Of a stretch of 32,000 nucleotides of DNA, positions 26,451 through 32,000 are shown in pieces. Within the stretch, counting starts at the first letter, position 1, and every line of letters starts with the position of its first letter. The position numbers and the translations under genes are program-made. The stretch lies in assembly GCA_031283585.1 (NCBI GenBank), contig JAITBP010000011.1, positions 42,900-74,899 on the forward strand. Direction: 5' to 3'. Below the pieces are notes generated by a model that searched no databases, was not told where the DNA came from, and saw only the letters and a program-made list of their open reading frames with translations. Origin of the DNA: Puniceicoccales bacterium. GTDB lineage: Bacteria > Verrucomicrobiota > Verrucomicrobiia > Opitutales > LL51.

Positions 26451-27818
26451 CTATACGTTGTATTCCACGCCGACATCCGGATCTATGACTTTTATACCAG
26501 GAGATCGGTCGATCAGTTCATCAAAAAACCATGACCTGGATGCATCTTCGCCATGGGTTAGAACTATCGCCCGGGGATTAAAGTCGATGGCGTGTTGCAG
26601 TAATTCGTCTCTTTCCGCATGGCCACTGAGATCGAAATATTCCACCTGGGCATTGATTTGTACAGATAGGTTTAGTGTTTCGAACAGAAGGGAGTCTCCT
26701 TTAGCCATGGCAAGAAGTTTTCCGCCGGGCGTATCCTTGTCGCAGTAACCGACAAAGCATATGGCATTCCTACTGTCATTAAGTAGACAGGAAGCGATGT
26801 TGTAGGATGGGGTATTTTCTATCATCATGCCGCTGCTAACCACAAAAATCGTTGGCTCAACAGGTTTTCCACCTGGTTTCAGGAATTCAACTTTTGCCAG
26901 TGGCTTAACCTTAAGATCTTTCAGTAGGCTTTTTTTGAAATTTACTGTCCCATGTTTCCTGGAGATCGTATCAAAGGCATCGATTAATGTTAGGCCAAGG
27001 GTTGAGCAGACTATTCGAACCTTGTCAGGGATTTGTTTTTTCTTCCTAGCATCGTTCAATATGGTCAATATTTCCTGCATTCTTCCAAATGCAAACGAAG
27101 GTATCAATACCGAGCCACCTTTCTCTAGGGTAACATGAATCCTCGAAATCAGGCTATTGATTTCCTGCTTAACCGAATGGTTACTTGCCCGTTCTGTGTT
27201 GCCGCGGGTGGTTTCCAGTACAAGCACATCGAGTTTTTCGTTGGGCCATAGTGCTCCGGCTAATGTCATCTGATCCCTGAATAGAACATCACCTGAAAAA
27301 AATATTTTCCGGTGTTTATACTCAATGAGCACGCCACTGGCGCCACAGACATGGCCATTATGCGTAAATGTAACGCGTATTTCATCGTCTAACTTTCTGA
27401 AAATTTTCGTTTTTCCGGCCGGCATTTCAACGAAAAATTCTTCCAAAGCAGAGACTTCAAGCTTTCCATACAGTGGATATTCCCTAATGCCACGTTCATC
27501 CCGTTGGTGTTTCATAACGGTGATCGTATTGTCCAGCATTATGGGGAGTATCATCCTGGAGGATGGCGATAACAGCGCTCTTGCCTGGGGCTGATCTCTC
27601 AGTAAAACTGGCAGACTGCCTATATGATCCAGGTGACAATGGGTTATTATCACCAGATCGATGGAAAATTTTTCAATCTGATTGAAGTTTGGAAGTGCAT
27701 TCAGGCCAATACATTTCGGGTCCAGACCCGCGTCCACGATGATATTAAACGAGCCAATCGATACAAAAAGTGAATTCGCTCCTATCGTTTTAGAACTATT
27801 TAAATCTTTAAAATACAT
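26451..27818 (-). CDS. Metallo-beta-lactamase fold, beta-CASP family RNA-metabolising hydrolase
   Basis: The HCHLDHIGSLP (HxHxDH) motif is present, followed by later Asp/His motifs and C-terminal LTHGE, within a ~455-aa beta-CASP-sized protein. Confidence 0.75.
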   Translation of the reverse strand: MYFKDLNSSKTIGANSLFVSIGSFNIIVDAGLDPKCIGLNALPNFNQIEKFSIDLVIITHCHLDHIGSLPVLLRDQPQARALLSPSSRMILPIMLDNTITVMKHQRDERGIREYPLYGKLEVSALEEFFVEMPAGKTKIFRKLDDEIRVTFTHNGHVCGASGVLIEYKHRKIFFSGDVLFRDQMTLAGALWPNEKLDVLVLETTRGNTERASNHSVKQEINSLISRIHVTLEKGGSVLIPSFAFGRMQEILTILNDARKKKQIPDKVRIVCSTLGLTLIDAFDTISRKHGTVNFKKSLLKDLKVKPLAKVEFLKPGGKPVEPTIFVVSSGMMIENTPSYNIASCLLNDSRNAICFVGYCDKDTPGGKLLAMAKGDSLLFETLNLSVQINAQVEYFDLSGHAERDELLQHAIDFNPRAIVLTHGEDASRSWFFDELIDRSPGIKVIDPDVGVEYNV

Positions 27819-28006
27819 TTTTTACTATCTCACATTAATATTACAAGACCACACGAAAACAATGATCAAATCTACCTATGACCAGTTAAATTATAAACAA
27901 CAGCTTGATTTACATTTCTAGTAATACCAAATCAATATAATACAGAATAGCTGTTAGTATATCTACATTTGTCTTTTTGTAAAATTTTGTTTTAATTTAC
28001 CCAGAT

Positions 28007-29896
28007 ATGAGTTTGGGAAGATTTTTTACTGAAATCAGTTATGCGTTCACATTAGGTATGTTTTTAGGTGATTGCCATGGAATTAATCCGGCCATGGTCA
28101 GAGTATCACGAGTTAACATGCGTAAATTATCAAGGTTTCCGAAAAAAAAGTCAAGATTGAGAGGAAAAATAAATCCAACCAGATCGGTTAAAACCTATAG
28201 AACTTCTTCCTATCCATTGCTACCCATAGCATCGCTGCTAGAGAAGCCGTCGGAAGATAGCCCACAGAGCTACTCAGCTTCGAATGGCAATAACAGTGTC
28301 GATGGCAATATATCCGGTGAAAAAACCATCGACCAAAAAGCAAAAAATATTAACCAGACTGCTTCTTTAGGTAGTGGCAAAGGCAATCCATCTGGTAACC
28401 TTACCAATTCGGCGCCCAATAGGCAGGCTGTGCCTCCTCAGTTGCCGCCACCGCCGGTTCCTCCGGTACCTACAACGGCTTCAGATAAAATTACAGGACA
28501 TAATGATTCTAAAATGGCAACCCTGCTGGAAATTTTGAGTGCCATGAAGTATCAGGTTGTGGGATTGAAGGATAGCGATCCGGTGGTCAGCGAATTTAAT
28601 TTTTTCAGGTTTGATTGTGAAAAAAATTTTATAGCTAAGACATCGGAGTCTGATGCGGTCTGGGACGAATTGGTGGCTAGAGCAGAGTTATTGAATCAAA
28701 AAATCAGTGATAAGAATCCAAAAAAATCTGAAATGCTTCCGGCTGTAAGAGATGCCATGATAGTACAGGATGCCTACGATCGACTGGCCATGAAAGGCCT
28801 ATTGAAATCAACAGATAAAGCCAAGGGTCCTGAACTTGAAATACTAAAAAAAATGATCAAACCCATAACGCAGGAATTTGCAGACCGGGTGGTTGGAAGT
28901 ATAATAGCATTTGGCACCGGTGTCAGTCCCAGAGGAGATGGATATTCCGAAGAAAGGGTTAAATCTTTACCCGAATTGGGTGAATTGCTCGCAGCCGGAC
29001 CGAACAAATGGAATTACTATGTGTTTAAGACCTTTCCAGTTATCAACAAAAATGTTTTTCGTAAATTTAGGGAACTAGAAAAATCCTTGCCAAAAGCTGA
29101 CGATGAGAAAAAAGAAGCCTATTTGTCATTTTTTTCCAAAGTTGGTGAATTTTGGCATGAGTTATATGATTTTGAACCCACTGGATTGAAGTCCACGGAT
29201 CCATTGGGCTCGAAGAAAAGGATTATGAATATCATTGCTGGTAATGAAATTGATATTGATACCATGTGGAAGATGAAGGATATTTGTGGTGGTTTGTTTT
29301 GGAGCGATTTTGTCGGATTAATTTTGATGGCGGAGAGATACAAGGTATTTCTTTCAGTGATAGACAGGGAATCGGACAGATCCCACGCCTACAAGGAGGT
29401 TTGTAACATGCTGGATATCTTGACGAAGATGAACAAAGGGACCGATGATGCCGCGATGTTGGCTCGGTATATTTTTGATAAATTTTATGATGAAATTACC
29501 AGTTTTGATGCCGCTAAAAACATAATAATTACCACAGGTGTAATGTTTAAATTCACTGACGTGGAGTTATTTCAGGTCAATATATTTGATGACCAGGCCA
29601 GACTTTTTTTAAAGTTCATCAAAAAATTAGTAGAATTGAGTGATGATGATCCGGAAAAATTTGGCAGCTTCATCGACGAATGCAAAGGATTATTTGGCGA
29701 GGTGGCCCAAAGGGTTATAGTTGAAGTGTTTGTCAAAAATTTTTGCAACTTGGATCACAAAGCTGCCAATAAGGAAATAGTTAATAGTTTTATGGTAAAA
29801 ATTTTGATCAGTGGATTTGGGAAAAAATCCCGTGAGTTGCTAAAAAATTTAGCACTACCATCAGCAAAGAAGAAGAAAAAACCAGAGGCCCAGTGA
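28007..29896 (+). CDS. Hypothetical protein, polyproline/basic-cluster family paralogue A
   Basis: A 629-aa ORF with an ATG start. It has a hydrophobic N-terminus ending FLGDC and a K/R-rich stretch (RKLSRFPKKKSRLRGK...). An S/N/G-rich linker and PPQLPPPPVPPVP (28433-28471) follow. The conserved C-terminal domain is shared with 29964->32000, and the tail is KKKKKPEAQ. Confidence 0.85.
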   Translation: MSLGRFFTEISYAFTLGMFLGDCHGINPAMVRVSRVNMRKLSRFPKKKSRLRGKINPTRSVKTYRTSSYPLLPIASLLEKPSEDSPQSYSASNGNNSVDGNISGEKTIDQKAKNINQTASLGSGKGNPSGNLTNSAPNRQAVPPQLPPPPVPPVPTTASDKITGHNDSKMATLLEILSAMKYQVVGLKDSDPVVSEFNFFRFDCEKNFIAKTSESDAVWDELVARAELLNQKISDKNPKKSEMLPAVRDAMIVQDAYDRLAMKGLLKSTDKAKGPELEILKKMIKPITQEFADRVVGSIIAFGTGVSPRGDGYSEERVKSLPELGELLAAGPNKWNYYVFKTFPVINKNVFRKFRELEKSLPKADDEKKEAYLSFFSKVGEFWHELYDFEPTGLKSTDPLGSKKRIMNIIAGNEIDIDTMWKMKDICGGLFWSDFVGLILMAERYKVFLSVIDRESDRSHAYKEVCNMLDILTKMNKGTDDAAMLARYIFDKFYDEITSFDAAKNIIITTGVMFKFTDVELFQVNIFDDQARLFLKFIKKLVELSDDDPEKFGSFIDECKGLFGEVAQRVIVEVFVKNFCNLDHKAANKEIVNSFMVKILISGFGKKSRELLKNLALPSAKKKKKPEAQ

Positions 29897-29916
29897 TAGG
29901 GAAAATAATAAAATAA

Positions 29917-29944
29917 TTGGCTTTTGTAAATTTTTTAGTTTAAT
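29917..29944 (+). promoter_or_regulatory. Putative sigma70-type promoter of paralogue B
   Basis: TTGGCT (29917-29922), a 16-nt spacer, then TTTAAT (29939-29944). An AAGGA Shine-Dalgarno at 29951-29955 lies 8 nt before the ATG at 29964. Pattern match only. Confidence 0.4.
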
Positions 29945-29963
29945 AAAGAAAAGGATTGGCGTT

Positions 29964-32000
29964 ATGAAAAAGGGAAAAATTGCATGGATTATTTGTGTAT
30001 TTATTGCATTCAGTATGCTGGCTGACTGTCCAGAAGCTGAAGCTATGGCAAAAAATCAAAAAAATAAAACAAAGAATAGAAGCAAAACAAAGAGTAAGCC
30101 AAAAAATAGAAGCAAAACTAAGAGAGTATATTCAAAAAATAAAAAATCGTCCACACCGGAGAATAAGACCAGTAGTCCAGAGGCACCAAATGTAAATGCT
30201 AGTACTGTGTCTAATCAAGACAATAGTTCTGATGATGTGTATAAGCTTCAGTCAGAAATTAATCGGCTTAGAGAAGAAAATACCAAACTGTCGACCATGG
30301 TTAATGATGCCGGTGATAGCACGGTTAATAGCAGTGATTTATCCAATGGTTCTGCCACTGAACCCTATGACCAAAGTCAGGCTAATTCAGGTAGCTCTAA
30401 TAGTACTGCAGGTAAAGGAAATGAAGCTACACCGCCGCCACCTCCACCACCACCGCCTCCTCCTTCTTCTACTACAAGTAGCCCTGGCGATGATAAGGAT
30501 GCTAGCAGCAAGCGTATTAGTAATATATTGAGTGATTTGAAAAACATGAAAAGTAGTATGAGTAATCTTAAATTTACAGTTGGTGATTCCCTGGTTAATG
30601 AATTTAATTTGCTTGCATTTGATATTGATACAATGGTTATAATGGGATATCAATTGGAAGATTCTAAATTGGAAAAATTGGAAAAAAGAATAAAATCAAT
30701 CAAGGAAAAGATCGAAGAGAAAAAATCCGATGATAGTAATAAGGTAGTTGTTGCAAAGGTTAGTCCGAAGGCGTTGGCCTGTGAGTATATAATTGATAGA
30801 TTACGGGAAGAAAATCTTGTAAGTAGTAATGCGAATGCCGAAACCATGCAGCTCGATAAATTGATTACAACTGAAGTAGATAAAAATAACTCAACATTGG
30901 ATGATGCAAAACAATCAATAGCTAATCGTATATTATTATTTTACAAAGGAGATGCAAGTAACACAGGAATAAAAAATACCAAAAAGCTAGCGCAAGTTGC
31001 GGAGTTATTTGATCAAAAAAATGAATCTGGTAAATGGAATTATTATATATTTAATTGGTTTCCGGAGATTAAGAAAAATGTCATCAAAAAATTTACTGAT
31101 TTGTGTAAAAAATCTGAAAAAAATGAATATGTAAGTTTTTTTACAAATATCAGTGATTTTTGGGATATCTTGGACCATCAAGAAAAGAGCTTTATTATAA
31201 ATAGAATTGCTGGTAAGACAGAAGAAATTGATATAGATAAAGTATTTGAAATTAAAGAACTATGCAATGGGATGTTTTGGAAGGATTTTGTCATGACCAT
31301 CTTCGCTAAAGAAGAGTGCAAAAATCTGATTTCTTTGCTTAGGATAAGCGGAAGAAGTAGCCCAAGAGAATATGAGATGGTTTGTGACCATGATGTGCTC
31401 AATATTCTAGTTTCAGAAAATATTAAATCAGGAGATCTGACCAAAGGATTTTCTGAACTAGTTTTATATATTTTTGAAAATTATTATGAAGAAGTTAAAA
31501 ACACTAATAATCTTGTGGATATGATAAAATCGACGTGCTTGGTATTTAATTTTAAGGATACAGATTTATTTACTGTAAAAATTTATAACAATTGTGCCAA
31601 GATTTTCAAAATTGTTATCAAGATGCTGTGTGAATTGAGTAATGGTAATCACGAAAAATTTACTGATCTGGTGAGTGCATTGAAAGATAAATTCAGAGAG
31701 GCAGCTCAGATTGCTGTAGTAGAGGTATTCGTTCATAATTTTTGCGATCTGGATAATAAGGAAAACAATAAGGATAAGGTTGGAAATTTTGTGAAAAAAG
31801 TTTCTGCAGCCACGAATAGCAATGTAGGATTTGGGCCAAAAGCCTGTAATTTATTGAAGAATCTAGCCTTGCCTCCGGAGGAGAAAAAGCCAGTTCCGGA
31901 AAAGAAGAAGCCGTCCTCGGGCAAATCATCGACAGATTCAGGTGATTCTTCTGGTGATTCAGTACGCGAAAAGGTTACACTTAAGAGCGTAAATGAAAGT
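29964..32000 (+). CDS. Hypothetical protein, polyproline/basic-cluster family paralogue B (3' end beyond window)
   Basis: It is not in the supplied ORF track. I read the frame codon by codon from ATG 29964 to 32000 and found 679 sense codons with no stop. The product starts MKKGKIAWIICVFIAFSMLADC and continues with KNQKNKTKNRSKTKSKPKNRSKTKR. It has 11 consecutive Pro codons (30432-30464) and then blocks shared with paralogue A. Confidence 0.85.
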   Translation, partial: MKKGKIAWIICVFIAFSMLADCPEAEAMAKNQKNKTKNRSKTKSKPKNRSKTKRVYSKNKKSSTPENKTSSPEAPNVNASTVSNQDNSSDDVYKLQSEINRLREENTKLSTMVNDAGDSTVNSSDLSNGSATEPYDQSQANSGSSNSTAGKGNEATPPPPPPPPPPPSSTTSSPGDDKDASSKRISNILSDLKNMKSSMSNLKFTVGDSLVNEFNLLAFDIDTMVIMGYQLEDSKLEKLEKRIKSIKEKIEEKKSDDSNKVVVAKVSPKALACEYIIDRLREENLVSSNANAETMQLDKLITTEVDKNNSTLDDAKQSIANRILLFYKGDASNTGIKNTKKLAQVAELFDQKNESGKWNYYIFNWFPEIKKNVIKKFTDLCKKSEKNEYVSFFTNISDFWDILDHQEKSFIINRIAGKTEEIDIDKVFEIKELCNGMFWKDFVMTIFAKEECKNLISLLRISGRSSPREYEMVCDHDVLNILVSENIKSGDLTKGFSELVLYIFENYYEEVKNTNNLVDMIKSTCLVFNFKDTDLFTVKIYNNCAKIFKIVIKMLCELSNGNHEKFTDLVSALKDKFREAAQIAVVEVFVHNFCDLDNKENNKDKVGNFVKKVSAATNSNVGFGPKACNLLKNLALPPEEKKPVPEKKKPSSGKSSTDSGDSSGDSVREKVTLKSVNES
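30075..30134 (+). repeat. Tandem 30-nt duplication inside paralogue B (NRSKTK... decapeptide repeat)
   Basis: AATAGAAGCAAAACAAAGAG at 30075 and AATAGAAGCAAAACTAAGAG at 30105 match at 19 of 20 positions with a 30-nt period. They encode NRSKTKSKPK / NRSKTKRVYS. Confidence 0.6.

Noticed and set aside
29980-30653. Track ORFs 29980..30195(+), 30196..30531(+) and 30387..30653(-), the last with an RRRRRRWWWRWRR run
   Set aside because: They are out of frame or antisense to the long open frame starting at 29964, which has paralogue support. The Arg/Trp run is the reverse complement of the CCN proline tract.
1-32000. CRISPR arrays, rRNA genes, IS elements, prophage or toxin-antitoxin modules
   Set aside because: I scanned for regularly spaced direct repeats, transposase- or integrase-like ORFs and small paired ORFs. 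None was found. The only tandem repeat is the 30-nt coding duplication at 30075.

Overview
The window is a gene-dense bacterial chromosome segment using the standard genetic code. About three quarters is housekeeping backbone. On the minus strand: sfsA, tmRNA, tRNA-Gly, an M23 peptidase lipoprotein, a dimeric-dUTPase-like protein, efp, an ABC-F ATPase, proS, valS, an ATP/ADP translocase (NTT) and a beta-CASP metallo-beta-lactamase (MBL) nuclease. On the plus strand: lepA, a DEDD exonuclease, a RumA/RlmD-type methyltransferase, fabG, a lone OppC/DppC-type permease, a tRNA Lys-Thr-Thr cluster, yraN, SRP RNA, an orphan OmpR-type response regulator and an 1181-aa pyruvate:ferredoxin oxidoreductase. 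An NTT next to a PFOR suggests a host-dependent, probably anaerobic or microaerophilic organism such as a Chlamydiota- or Dependentiae-like bacterium, but the lineage cannot be assigned from this window. The unexplained content is two tandem pairs of lineage-specific paralogues. Pair (i), 10251-13788, encodes two ~540-580 aa proteins with no signal peptide, conserved Cys-containing blocks and a central bilobed hydrophobic hairpin, which resembles Inc proteins or T3SS translocators. Both genes sit behind a shared 14-nt upstream motif. Pair (ii), 28007 to the window end, encodes two large proteins with the same layout: hydrophobic N-terminus ending in DC, a K/R-rich cluster, an S/N-rich linker, a polyproline tract (one has 11 consecutive Pro), and a conserved ~450-aa C-terminal domain. 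The second member (29964->32000) is absent from the supplied ORF track because it does not close inside the window. I found no CRISPR array, integrase, transposase or rRNA.
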